DNA from: an uncultured Burkholderiales bacterium
GTDB lineage: Bacteria; Vulcanimicrobiota; Xenobia; Xenobiales; JADMJV01
DNA: 64,000 bases
Reading direction: 5' to 3'
Assembly: GCA_964649085.1 (NCBI GenBank)
Contig: CAZYPN010000003.1
Location: 139,076 to 203,075 of the forward strand
Both the position numbers and the translations under genes were made by a program. Positions within the stretch are counted from its first letter, which is position 1. Each line of letters begins with the position of its first letter. The notes beneath the pieces are model-generated. The model saw only the letters and a list, made by a program, of their open reading frames with translations. It had not been told where the DNA came from and did no database searches. Positions 9,679-18,906 of this stretch are shown here, in pieces.

Positions 9679-10913
9679 ACAAAGTATTGAACCACATCGA
9701 GCAACTCGTTCCCGAGTATCAACCGTTTCTTCAGGAACTGGTCCGCGTGCCCAGCTTTACCGGCGACGAGTCGAAGGCCCAGCAGTTGGTCAAAGAGAAA
9801 ATGTGCGAACTGGGCATCTTCGAACGTGAGGTCTTCTGCGACGAGGCTCCCGACTTTCACCCCACCGGTCGCGATTACGCCCGCCGCCCCAGTCTGGTGG
9901 GCCGGGTCCCCGGCCAGGGAACGGCTCACTTCATTCTCAATGCCCACATCGACACGGCTCCCATCGAATGCGAGTCGAGCTGGACTCGACCGCCCTTTGG
10001 CGCGGTGATCGAGGGCCCTTTCCTCTACGGCCGCGGTGCCCTGGATGACAAGGCCGGAGTTGCCATGATTTTGATGTTGGCCGAAGCGTTTTTGCGCTCG
10101 GGCCAGCGGCTTCCGGGCGACTTGCTGATCCAATCGGTGATCGAAGATGAAGACTCGGGCAACGGCACGTTGAGCTGCACCCGGGCTGGCTATCGGGCCG
10201 AGGGAGCGGTAATCGTCGATGGCACCTGGCCCTGGGATTTGATCGACAGTCACCTGGGACAGATGTGGCTGGAGCTGGTGATTACAGGCGTGGCGACTCC
10301 GGCCTGCAGTCATCATCGGGCCGTCCATCCCGTGTTCTTGATGATTCAGGCCCTGGACCGCCTGCAACAGTGGCTGAACGAGGCCAATCTGCGCGTTCCC
10401 CAGTGGCTGGGCATGGCCTCCCCCTACTGGATGAGTGTGGGACAGTTTCACGCTGGCAGCTGGAACGGCTCGGTACCCGAGACCTGTCGCTGCGGCATCC
10501 AGATCGGCTTCCCTCCGGCCAGCTCAACGGCCGAGCTTCAGGAGCACATTCACCAGCTTCTGGCCGGTATCGCCGCCAGCCATCCCGGAGCTGGCTGCCA
10601 GCTGGTCGTTAAAGAACTGTGCACAGCCGCCTTTTGGAATCCCGAAAACGCGATGACGGTGGCCCTGCGCAACACGTTGGAGGCCACCCCCGAGTTGCTG
10701 AAGTTGGCCCCCAAGGGCGTCAATCTGGTGACCTCTAAAGGGCACTGCGATTTGCGCCATCTCCGTCGCGCCGATGGTTCCCCCACGGCGGCCTGCCTGT
10801 ATGGCCCGGGGGGAGGCCACAATCCCCACGTGGCCGATGAGTGTTATCGGCTCGACCACTTTGGCCCGGTGGCTCAGGTGATCGCCCGGGCCATTCTGGC
10901 CTTCTACGCCTGA
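9675..10913 (+). CDS. M20 family metallopeptidase / deacylase (ArgE/DapE/acetylornithine deacetylase-like)
   Basis: ATG 9675 overlaps the upstream stop (ATGA). HIDTAP, GRGALDDKAGVAMIL and IEDEDSGNG are typical M20 metal-ligand motifs. Confidence 0.8.
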   Translation: MNKVLNHIEQLVPEYQPFLQELVRVPSFTGDESKAQQLVKEKMCELGIFEREVFCDEAPDFHPTGRDYARRPSLVGRVPGQGTAHFILNAHIDTAPIECESSWTRPPFGAVIEGPFLYGRGALDDKAGVAMILMLAEAFLRSGQRLPGDLLIQSVIEDEDSGNGTLSCTRAGYRAEGAVIVDGTWPWDLIDSHLGQMWLELVITGVATPACSHHRAVHPVFLMIQALDRLQQWLNEANLRVPQWLGMASPYWMSVGQFHAGSWNGSVPETCRCGIQIGFPPASSTAELQEHIHQLLAGIAASHPGAGCQLVVKELCTAAFWNPENAMTVALRNTLEATPELLKLAPKGVNLVTSKGHCDLRHLRRADGSPTAACLYGPGGGHNPHVADECYRLDHFGPVAQVIARAILAFYA

Positions 10914-10953
10914 CCGCCAAGGGCAGCCGAGAGTGGGCGTCGTAGCTACAGCT

Positions 10954-11310
10954 ATGAGACATTGGTTCTTGCTCTGCTGTATTCTTCTGCTTTCGGGCGG
11001 ACCCCAGGCCGCTTTGATCAACGTGGATTCCAAGTATCGGGTGACCGAGGTCAAGGTCCAGGAGCGCATCTTCGGTATCGCCCTGTTGGGTGACGACCCC
11101 AACGAGACGCAAAATGAGGTCTACTTCGGCGCCGATACTCGATGCTATCGCGAGATTCACTTTGGCAACGGCACACGCAAAGAGATTCCCGTGACCATCG
11201 AGAAATTCTTTAAGATCTTGCGGCGCGGCGACACGGTGCGGGTCAAGGGCGGACGCGATTGGGATGGGTCGATTCACGGCTACGACGTTCGGATCATCAC
11301 CCGGCAGTAG
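10954..11310 (+). CDS. Small secreted hypothetical protein
   Basis: MRHWFLLCCILLLSGGPQAA is signal-peptide-like. 118 aa. Confidence 0.35.
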   Translation: MRHWFLLCCILLLSGGPQAALINVDSKYRVTEVKVQERIFGIALLGDDPNETQNEVYFGADTRCYREIHFGNGTRKEIPVTIEKFFKILRRGDTVRVKGGRDWDGSIHGYDVRIITRQ

Positions 11311-11311
11311 T

Positions 11312-13036
11312 TCAGGCCAGAAAACCCAGGTCGGTCGTGGGGCCCAGTTCGAAATGCAGTTTCAGGCGCCCCTCCTGGCGAGCCTGCTGGAACGCCTGCC
11401 ACTGCTCGTCGGCCCAGTCGAACTGATCCTCGAAGGGAAACACTTCCAGTGGGGGCACACGCAGATGGCTTTGGCGGGTGTCGATGACCAGATCGGTCAC
11501 CCCTCGCGCCAGTGCGTCGCCGGCTGCCCAGAGGATCAGTCGCCAGTCATCCTGGAAAATACTCCGCGACTTGAGCACCAGGCGGTTGTATTCGGGGGCG
11601 CGTTCCAGGCTTTGTAAGGACTTCTCGGCCTCCCAACGGTGCGACTTCTGGCGCAGGCCTGACACCAACCGCTGAAAGTCGTGATAGACCCGTTCGGGAC
11701 CATCGGCCTGCTGAAATATTCCGTAGGGATGCGGAAGGTCGGAACGATACTGGCCTTCCCAGATAGCGCCACCCACGTCTTCCCAGCGCAGGCGCGTGAA
11801 CGCGTAATAGTCGTCGAAACCGTGACGAACTCGAACCATACCAAACTTCTGCGGGTCGCGATCGAGCAACGAATTGGGTTCGATGCTCAGCGGAGTGATG
11901 TAGACGCCGTTGGGCTGCAGCACGTCGATATAGGCGTCCTGAAGGTAGTTCATGAAGCTCTCGCCGAGTTCCACATCGTAGGCCGTCTCGGTCTGCAGGC
12001 CGAGGATGCCATAGACCACGCCGTGCACATTGGGCAAGGCCCGCATGGCTTCCAGTCGCTGCATCAGCTCCAGGTCGCTGGCGAAGGGTTTGAGCTGGTT
12101 GCGGCGCGCCAGCCTGTGGCGCAGCGGTTGGCTGTAGGTCTGGGCGTCGAGGGACACCAGGATGCTGGCGAAGAGCTGGCTGGCTTCTTCAAGAAACCCC
12201 TGGCTGGGTAAGGTCCAGCAGTAAAAGGCGGCATGATAGCGACGGGCCGGCAACTGGCGAGCGATGGTCAGATAGTAGTTCTCCCGATCAGGGTCCTGCA
12301 CCGGGTCGAAATCGAACATCAGCGAGTTTCGCGTCCAGGGAGAAAGGGCCTGAATGTCGGCCAGCACTTCGTCCACGGGGCGATACTGGAAGCCGGTTCG
12401 TCCGAAAAGCTTCTTGTGGCCGTAGGCGCTGCCCGAGCAGTAGGAACAGGCGCTCTGACACCCCTTGCCGGTCCAGACATAGGGGGCGGTAAAGCCCGCC
12501 TGATGGAGCAGTTCCGAGGGAGCCAGCTCCGTCAGGTCGTCGAGCAATCGCAGGCTTTCGCCACCCTGGCGTGGCTGGACATAGGTTTGAGGCAGGCGCA
12601 GCGAGCGGCCCTCGTGGCGCAACCACAGGTTGCAGCGTGGGTCGCCCTGCAGCAATTGCAGCAAGGGTTGCTCGGCATCGCCCGTGACCACTGCGTCGAA
12701 GGCCGTCCTGGTCAGAAGGTCTTCGGCAAAGCTGGTAGCGGTCTGCCCCCCCGTCACCAGCTTGACCTGGGGATGGTCGCGGCGTATCTGTTCGGCCACC
12801 TGGGTGGCCCCATAGACGGTATCCCACCATTTGCAGCTGATGGCAGCCCAGCGGGGTTTCCACTCTCGGATGGCGCGGTCGAGGCGCTGGCGCCAGTCGC
12901 TGCCCATCAGGGGTTCCACCCTGGCGGTCATTCCATGCCGTACCACGTAGCTGGCCAGCCCCAGGCTGGCATTGTTGAACAGATACTGAGAACCGTCTCG
13001 GCGCCGGGGGGGCGAGAGAAAGAGCACATCTACCAT
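11312..13036 (-). CDS. B12-binding domain radical SAM protein
   Basis: CQSACSYCSG (CxxxCxxC). The N-terminal MVDVLFLSPP...B12-like Rossmann domain precedes it. ATG at 13036. Confidence 0.75.
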   Translation of the reverse strand: MVDVLFLSPPRRRDGSQYLFNNASLGLASYVVRHGMTARVEPLMGSDWRQRLDRAIREWKPRWAAISCKWWDTVYGATQVAEQIRRDHPQVKLVTGGQTATSFAEDLLTRTAFDAVVTGDAEQPLLQLLQGDPRCNLWLRHEGRSLRLPQTYVQPRQGGESLRLLDDLTELAPSELLHQAGFTAPYVWTGKGCQSACSYCSGSAYGHKKLFGRTGFQYRPVDEVLADIQALSPWTRNSLMFDFDPVQDPDRENYYLTIARQLPARRYHAAFYCWTLPSQGFLEEASQLFASILVSLDAQTYSQPLRHRLARRNQLKPFASDLELMQRLEAMRALPNVHGVVYGILGLQTETAYDVELGESFMNYLQDAYIDVLQPNGVYITPLSIEPNSLLDRDPQKFGMVRVRHGFDDYYAFTRLRWEDVGGAIWEGQYRSDLPHPYGIFQQADGPERVYHDFQRLVSGLRQKSHRWEAEKSLQSLERAPEYNRLVLKSRSIFQDDWRLILWAAGDALARGVTDLVIDTRQSHLRVPPLEVFPFEDQFDWADEQWQAFQQARQEGRLKLHFELGPTTDLGFLA

Positions 13037-13094
13037 CTCAGCGGGCTTCTCGACGGCCAGGGGGAGACCTTGGCCATGCGCGGAAACTGCCCCG

Positions 13095-13970
13095 GTGAAG
13101 ACTTTGCTGATCGTCAATCCGATGTCGGGCGCTCGCGGCCAGCGCTGGCGCACTCAGGACCTGCCCGGCATGGTTTCGGGCTGGTTTCCCGGCGCCACAC
13201 TGCACGTTACCCAGCGCGAGGGCTGTGCCACCGAGGCCGCTCGCCTGGCCCGAGAAGAGTTTGAACTGGTGGTGGCCGTGGGGGGCGACGGCACCATCAA
13301 CGAGGTGCTCAACGGCCTGGTCGGCAGCCAGGTTCAGCTGGGCATTTTGCCCGCAGGCACCGAGAATGTGCTGGCCAAAGAGCGCCACGTGCCCTCCAGC
13401 CTGGAGAAGGCGGCGGCCTATCTCAAACAGTGTCCTCCGCGCAAGGCCGACGTGGGCAAGGTGGGCAACCGCTACTTCCTGTGCTTTGCGGGGATCGGCT
13501 TCGATGCCCTGGTGGTCGATAAGGTTCAGCCCGACCAGAAGGCCAAAATGGGCGCCATGGCCTACGTCATGACGGGCTTTGAGCAGATGTTCAAATACCA
13601 GGAGGTGGTGCGCACCGCCACCATCCAGGTCGACGACCAGCCACCCATGAAAAAGGTGTTCTGGCAGATGGTGCTGGGCAACATCCAGTCCTACGGTGGG
13701 GGTCTGAAGCCCGCCCCGCGGGCCTCGATGCACGACGGTCTCATGGACCTGGTGGTCTGGCCTCGGGCCGACCTGCCTGGGATGATCCACCAGATCGTGG
13801 CCACCGCCACGGGGGCCCATCTGGCCATTCCCGAGGTCGCCTACCTGCAGGGCCAGCGCTTTTGGATCGACAGCGATCCCCCCAGCCAGATCCAGGTCGA
13901 TGGCGATCTGCTGGGAGTCACGCCGGTTCTGTTCGAAGTAGTGCCCCAGGCCCTCTGGGTGCGCTTCTAG
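13095..13970 (+). CDS. Diacylglycerol kinase catalytic-domain lipid kinase (YegS/BmrU family)
   Basis: LLIVNPMSG...VVAVGGDGTINEV...ILPAGTEN (DAGK_cat signature). Confidence 0.8.
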   Translation: MKTLLIVNPMSGARGQRWRTQDLPGMVSGWFPGATLHVTQREGCATEAARLAREEFELVVAVGGDGTINEVLNGLVGSQVQLGILPAGTENVLAKERHVPSSLEKAAAYLKQCPPRKADVGKVGNRYFLCFAGIGFDALVVDKVQPDQKAKMGAMAYVMTGFEQMFKYQEVVRTATIQVDDQPPMKKVFWQMVLGNIQSYGGGLKPAPRASMHDGLMDLVVWPRADLPGMIHQIVATATGAHLAIPEVAYLQGQRFWIDSDPPSQIQVDGDLLGVTPVLFEVVPQALWVRF

Positions 13971-15893
13971 CTATTCCTGGGCGTCGACCTCGCGGGCTCG
14001 ATCCATGACCAGTTGGAACCTGGGCTGAGGATCTTTACCAAAACAGTCGCGGATGGCCAGGTCGGCAGCCTCGTCGTCGAGCAGGCGCACCCGAAACAGC
14101 GTACGGCTCTCGGGGTCGAGGGTGGTTTCTTTGAGCTGTTGGGGGCTCATTTCGCCCAGCCCTTTGAAGCGTGTCACCTCGGGCTTGCCGCGGGTGGTTT
14201 TGAGAATGCGGTCCTTTTCCTGATCGCTCCAGGCCCAGTTCACCTGCTTGGGGGTGCGGATGCGATAGAGCGGCGGTCGACCCAGGAACAGGTGGCCGCT
14301 GCGGATCAACTCGGGCAGGTAGCGGTAGAAGAAGGTGATCAACAACCCGGCGATGTGGTGGCCGTCGGAGTCGGCGTCGGTGAGGATGACGACGCGGTGA
14401 TAGCGCAACTTGCTGAGGTCGACCCGTGAGCCCACTCCGCAGCCCAGCGCGCTGATCAGATTGAGGATTTCCTTGTTTTGCTGAATTTTGGAGAGGTTGG
14501 CCTGTTCGGTATTCAGCACTTTGCCGCGCAGGGGCAGCACCGCCTGATTCTTGCGCTCTCGAGCCTGTTTGGCCGAGCCTCCGGCCGAATCGCCCTCCAC
14601 CACGAACAGTTCGCACTCGGAAGGTCGGTTGCTGGAGCAGTCGGCCAACTTGCCCGGCAGGTTGAGCCGTTGAGTGGCGCTTTTGCGGGCCACCAGATCG
14701 GCCGCTTCCTTCTGGGCGTGACGCTGGCGCGCGGCCTGCACCAGTCGCTCCACCAGGGCTTCGGCCTGCTTGGGGTTGGCGTTGAGGAACTGCTCCAAAG
14801 CCGGGGCCACGGCGTTCAGCACCAGGTTCTGTACTTCCGGGTTGTTGAGGCGCTCCTTGGTTTGCCCCTTGAACTGAGGTTCGGCCACGTAGGTGCTCAG
14901 CACGCAGCGCAGACCGTCGCGCAGATCCTCGGCCCCCAGCTTGACGTTTTTGGGGGTCAGTTCGTGGGTTTCCATGTAGTTGCGCAGGGCCCTCACGATG
15001 CCGGCCCGCAGCCCCAGGTCGTGGGTGCCGCCCTGGGCAGTGGGAATGCCGTTGACGTAGCTGCGAACCCACTCGTCGCCCTCTTCGACCCAGGCCACCG
15101 CCACTTCCATGCGCGGGTCCTGATCGCGCTGCAGGAAAAACACCTGCTCGTAGGCGGGGTTGCGCTGCTCGTGAGAGATCAGCCGCAGCAAGTAGCCGTC
15201 GATGCCTTGACCGTGGTCGAAGACGATGGCGGGCTGCCCCCGCCCGGGCTTGACCGTAATCTTGACGCGATGGAGGTAGGATTTGGCCTCCAGGCGTTCG
15301 AGCAAAATTTTGGGGTCGAAGGTGCAGTCGGCGAAAATCTCCGAGTCGGGCCGGAAGTGAATGCTGGTGCCGCTGCCGCGCTCTTCTCCCAGAACCTGCA
15401 GGGGGGTTTGAACCTGGCCCCGACAGTATAACTGGCGATACAGTTTGCCGCCGCGCTTGACGCGGGCTTCCAGATGTTCGGAAAGGGCGTTCACCACCGA
15501 GGCGCCCACCCCGTGCAGGCCGCCCGAATACTGGTAGTTGGTTTGGGAGAATTTGCCGCCCGCGTGCAGCGTGGTCAAAATCAGCTCCAGGGCAGGTTTC
15601 TTGAACTCGCTGTGGAGGTCGACGGGAATGCCGCGGCCGTTGTCGGTGATGCGAATGCCCTGGCGGTCGTTGTCGAGTTCTACCTCGATGCGGTCGGCGT
15701 GGCCGTTCATCACCTCGTCGATGCAGTTGTCGACGATTTCCCACACCAGGTGGTGCAGTCCGGCCGAATCCACCCCGCCGATGTACATGGCGGGGCGCAC
15801 GCGCACCGGCTCCAGGCCCGAGAGCACCTGGATATCTTTGGCGCTGTACTCGTCCTTATTCGCTGTCTTGGTGCTCACCGGTTTCCTCCGCAA
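13971..15893 (-). CDS. Type IIA DNA topoisomerase subunit B (ParE/GyrB-like, short form)
   Basis: GLHHLVWEIVDNCIDE, the GHKL ATPase region, the Toprim region ECELFVVEGDSAGGSAKQ, and PLRGKVLN. At 640 aa it lacks the long GyrB insertion. Confidence 0.85.
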   Translation of the reverse strand: MRRKPVSTKTANKDEYSAKDIQVLSGLEPVRVRPAMYIGGVDSAGLHHLVWEIVDNCIDEVMNGHADRIEVELDNDRQGIRITDNGRGIPVDLHSEFKKPALELILTTLHAGGKFSQTNYQYSGGLHGVGASVVNALSEHLEARVKRGGKLYRQLYCRGQVQTPLQVLGEERGSGTSIHFRPDSEIFADCTFDPKILLERLEAKSYLHRVKITVKPGRGQPAIVFDHGQGIDGYLLRLISHEQRNPAYEQVFFLQRDQDPRMEVAVAWVEEGDEWVRSYVNGIPTAQGGTHDLGLRAGIVRALRNYMETHELTPKNVKLGAEDLRDGLRCVLSTYVAEPQFKGQTKERLNNPEVQNLVLNAVAPALEQFLNANPKQAEALVERLVQAARQRHAQKEAADLVARKSATQRLNLPGKLADCSSNRPSECELFVVEGDSAGGSAKQARERKNQAVLPLRGKVLNTEQANLSKIQQNKEILNLISALGCGVGSRVDLSKLRYHRVVILTDADSDGHHIAGLLITFFYRYLPELIRSGHLFLGRPPLYRIRTPKQVNWAWSDQEKDRILKTTRGKPEVTRFKGLGEMSPQQLKETTLDPESRTLFRVRLLDDEAADLAIRDCFGKDPQPRFQLVMDRAREVDAQE

Positions 15894-18165
15894 GTTCCAG
15901 GCTGCCTCTCTTGATCAACGGTTTTCCCACGCCCCCGCGGGCCACCAGGGCGGTGGCTCCGGCCGACTGGAAGAAGGGTTTGCCTCCATCGCTGCGGCGC
16001 AACCACAGGCCGTCTTCGTCTCCGTTGCACAACTTCACTCCCAGCAGTCGGTCGCCGGCCTCCAGTTTTACCAGCGTCACGCCCTTGGCGGCGCCCGTCA
16101 GGTAGCTGACCTCGTCCATGGCGAACTGCAGGCAGCGTCCGTTGCGGCTGACGCACAGCAGCGTCTCGGCGCCGCTGCAGGGCAGTACGGCCACCACCTC
16201 TTCGCCCTCCGAGGGGCGGGCGAAGCGCCGACCGGCCCGGGTGGAGGAATCCCAGAAAGATTCTAGCGAGAGTCGGTATCCGCGGCCCTCACTGGTGGCC
16301 ACCAGCAGGTGACGGGTCGGGGCCTGATCGCCCTCGCCGCGATAGAGTTCTTGCTCGTTGGCGTCGAACGCCATAGCCGCCACCACCCGCTCGCCGTCGT
16401 TGAAACTGAAGAGCTTCTGCACCGGATCGCCGTAGCCGCGGGGTTGCACGGTCAGGTCGTGCATGCGCAGGGTGTAAGCCGTGCCCAGGTTGCTGAAGAA
16501 AATCAGCGGGCTCTTGGTGGTGCCCCGCAGCGTGGCCACCAGCGCGTCGTCGGTGCGCAATTTGAGTTTGCTCAAGTCGCTGCCGGTCGAGAGTCGCCGC
16601 ACCCAGCCGTCACGGCTCAGCACCACCAGGGCTTCTTCCTCGACGATCAGGTCGGCGACGTTGACCACCATTTCGGCTACGCCCTCTTCCACGACCTGGG
16701 TGCGTCGGGGCTCGGGAAAGCGCGTGCGCACTTCCTTCAGTTCCTTTTTGACCATGTTCCAAAGGCGACGGGGGCTCTCGAGCAGCCCTTGCAGCACCTC
16801 GACCTGGGCCTGCTTGTCCTCATACTCGCCGCGGATGGCCAGAATGTCGGTTTTGCCGATCTTGTAGAGGCGCAGCTCCAAAACGGCGTCGGCCTGTTCA
16901 TGGTCGAGGCTGAATTCGGCCTGCAGCTGTTCGCCGGCCTGGGCCCGGCCGTCGGCATTGCGAATGATCTCCAGGGCGCGGTCGAGGTTGGAAAATACGC
17001 GCATGAAGCCTTCCAGCAAATGCAGCCGGCGCTGCAGCACGCGCAGGTCATACTGTAGTCGCTTTTGCACCACTTCGAAGCGAAAATCCAGGAAGTGGCG
17101 CAGGGCCTCGCTCAGACTGAGCCTGCGGGGGCACGGAGCGGCGCCGGGTTCGGGCACCAGGCATGTCAGGTTGAGGTGGAAGTTGGTCTGCAGGCTGGTG
17201 TTTTTGTAGAGGTAGCCCATCACCAGCTCGGGATCGGTTTCGCGCTTGCATTCCAGCACGATGCGGACGTCTTCGGTCGACTCGTCGCGCACGTCGAGCA
17301 CCTGGGGCAGCTTGCGCTCGATGATGTGCTGGGCGATTTCTTCCACCAACTGGCTCTTGTTGACCAGGTAGGGAATCGAGGTGAGCACGATCTGTTTGCC
17401 GCGGCGGGGCTCTTCTTCCACCTTGAACTGGCCGCGCAGGCGAATGCGCCCCTGACCCTCGGCATAGAGCTTGAGCAGACTGGCGCGGTCTTCCAGCACC
17501 TCGCCGCCGGTGGGGAAGTCGGGGCCCTGCACAATTTCAAGCAGCGACTCGAGGGGCAGCTTGGGGTTGTCGATCAGGGCTTCGCAGGCCTGACAAACCT
17601 CGGCAAGGTTGTGGGGAGGAATGTGGGTGGCCACGCCTACGGCGATGCCCGTGCAGCCGTTGACGAGCAACTGAGGGAAGCGGGCCGGCAAGACCACCGG
17701 CTCGTCCTGGCTGTCGTCGAAATTGCGGCGCATCTCGACGGTTTCCTGGCCGAGCTCCTGGACGAACTCCATCGCCACCGGCATCAAGCGGGCCTCGGTG
17801 TAACGATAGGCGGCCGGCGCGTCGCCGTCGAGCGAACCGAAGTTCCCCTGGCCAAAGATCAGCGGGTAACGCATCACCCAGGGCTGGGCCAGGCGCACCA
17901 GTGCTTCGTAGACGGCGCCGTCACCGTGGGGGTGGTAGTTCCCCAGCACCTGTCCCACCACTTTGGCGCACTTGAGGGTACTTTTCTCGGGGCTCAGGTG
18001 AAAGTCGTGAAACATGGTGTAGAGGATGCGCCGCTGCACGGGCTTGAGGCCGTCGCGCACGTCGGGCAGAGCCCGCGAGGTGATGACCGCTACCGCATAG
18101 TGCAAAAAGCGCTCACGGGTGAGGTCGTGCAGGTCGACGTCGACGATGGACTGAGAAGGTTTCAT
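15856..18165 (-). CDS. Type IIA DNA topoisomerase subunit A (ParC/GyrA-like)
   Basis: ITSRALPDVRDGLKPVQRRILYTM and the AAYRYTEARL active-site Tyr region. 769 aa. It sits upstream of, and overlaps, the B subunit. Confidence 0.9.
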   Translation of the reverse strand: MKPSQSIVDVDLHDLTRERFLHYAVAVITSRALPDVRDGLKPVQRRILYTMFHDFHLSPEKSTLKCAKVVGQVLGNYHPHGDGAVYEALVRLAQPWVMRYPLIFGQGNFGSLDGDAPAAYRYTEARLMPVAMEFVQELGQETVEMRRNFDDSQDEPVVLPARFPQLLVNGCTGIAVGVATHIPPHNLAEVCQACEALIDNPKLPLESLLEIVQGPDFPTGGEVLEDRASLLKLYAEGQGRIRLRGQFKVEEEPRRGKQIVLTSIPYLVNKSQLVEEIAQHIIERKLPQVLDVRDESTEDVRIVLECKRETDPELVMGYLYKNTSLQTNFHLNLTCLVPEPGAAPCPRRLSLSEALRHFLDFRFEVVQKRLQYDLRVLQRRLHLLEGFMRVFSNLDRALEIIRNADGRAQAGEQLQAEFSLDHEQADAVLELRLYKIGKTDILAIRGEYEDKQAQVEVLQGLLESPRRLWNMVKKELKEVRTRFPEPRRTQVVEEGVAEMVVNVADLIVEEEALVVLSRDGWVRRLSTGSDLSKLKLRTDDALVATLRGTTKSPLIFFSNLGTAYTLRMHDLTVQPRGYGDPVQKLFSFNDGERVVAAMAFDANEQELYRGEGDQAPTRHLLVATSEGRGYRLSLESFWDSSTRAGRRFARPSEGEEVVAVLPCSGAETLLCVSRNGRCLQFAMDEVSYLTGAAKGVTLVKLEAGDRLLGVKLCNGDEDGLWLRRSDGGKPFFQSAGATALVARGGVGKPLIKRGSLELAEETGEHQDSE

Positions 18166-18172
18166 GGCGCTC

Positions 18173-18583
18173 CTAACCTTGCACCGTCACCCACAGCCGT
18201 CGGGCCGGAGTGTGATCGCGGTGTTCCCAAAGATAAATGCCCTGCCAGGTGCCCAGGGCAAGCTGACCGTCTTGGACGGGAATCGTCAGGCTGGTTTGGG
18301 TCAGGGCCGACTTGATGTGCGAGGGCATGTCGTCGGGCCCTTCGGCGGTATGCTTGAACAGGGAGGCATACTGCAGAGCCAGTTTGTCGAAAAACATCTC
18401 CAGGTCGGCGCGGGCGCTGGGATCGGCATTCTCCTGGATCAGCAGACTGACCGAGGTGTGCTGCACAAAGATATGGCACAGGCCGCGGTGGATCTGGCTC
18501 TGGTCCACAACCTCCTGGATAGCCGAGGTTATCGGGTGCAGGCCACGTCGAGGAGCCTGTACCGCAATCTGTTTCTGAAACAC
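18173..18583 (-). CDS. YjbQ/UPF0047 family secondary thiamine-phosphate synthase-like protein
   Basis: 136 aa. HITSAIQE...HTSVSLLIQENADP...GTWQGIYLWEHR is characteristic of the YjbQ family. Confidence 0.75.
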   Translation of the reverse strand: MFQKQIAVQAPRRGLHPITSAIQEVVDQSQIHRGLCHIFVQHTSVSLLIQENADPSARADLEMFFDKLALQYASLFKHTAEGPDDMPSHIKSALTQTSLTIPVQDGQLALGTWQGIYLWEHRDHTPARRLWVTVQG

Positions 18584-18906
18584 GCCACCAGATTAGCTTT
18601 TAGGACTTGAATGTCCTTCAAAGAGCGGGGGATCAGGCGCTGAATCGGCGCGGCAGCCGGTTCGGCGGCGGAGGCGGTAAGGGGCGACGAGGGCGAATCC
18701 GTACGGTGGTAGCGCGCACGGCGGGACGGCCTTTGCTCAGGGTCAGCAGCGTCACGGCCATCCACGAGGGGAGGCCGAGGGCGATGAGGGGAGATCGGGC
18801 CAGGTTGCTCACCCCCTTAGTGTAAGTGTTTGCAGTTATACTGTCAACAGTTTGACTGCAACACTGTTGCGCAAGGAAATGCCTGCGGATTCGCAAAGCT
18901 CCGACG

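Noticed and set aside
14035-15744. 569-aa minus-strand ORF in an alternative frame of the topoisomerase B gene
   Set aside because: It is extremely Arg/Pro/Gly-rich with no motifs. The topoisomerase frame has GHKL and Toprim signatures.
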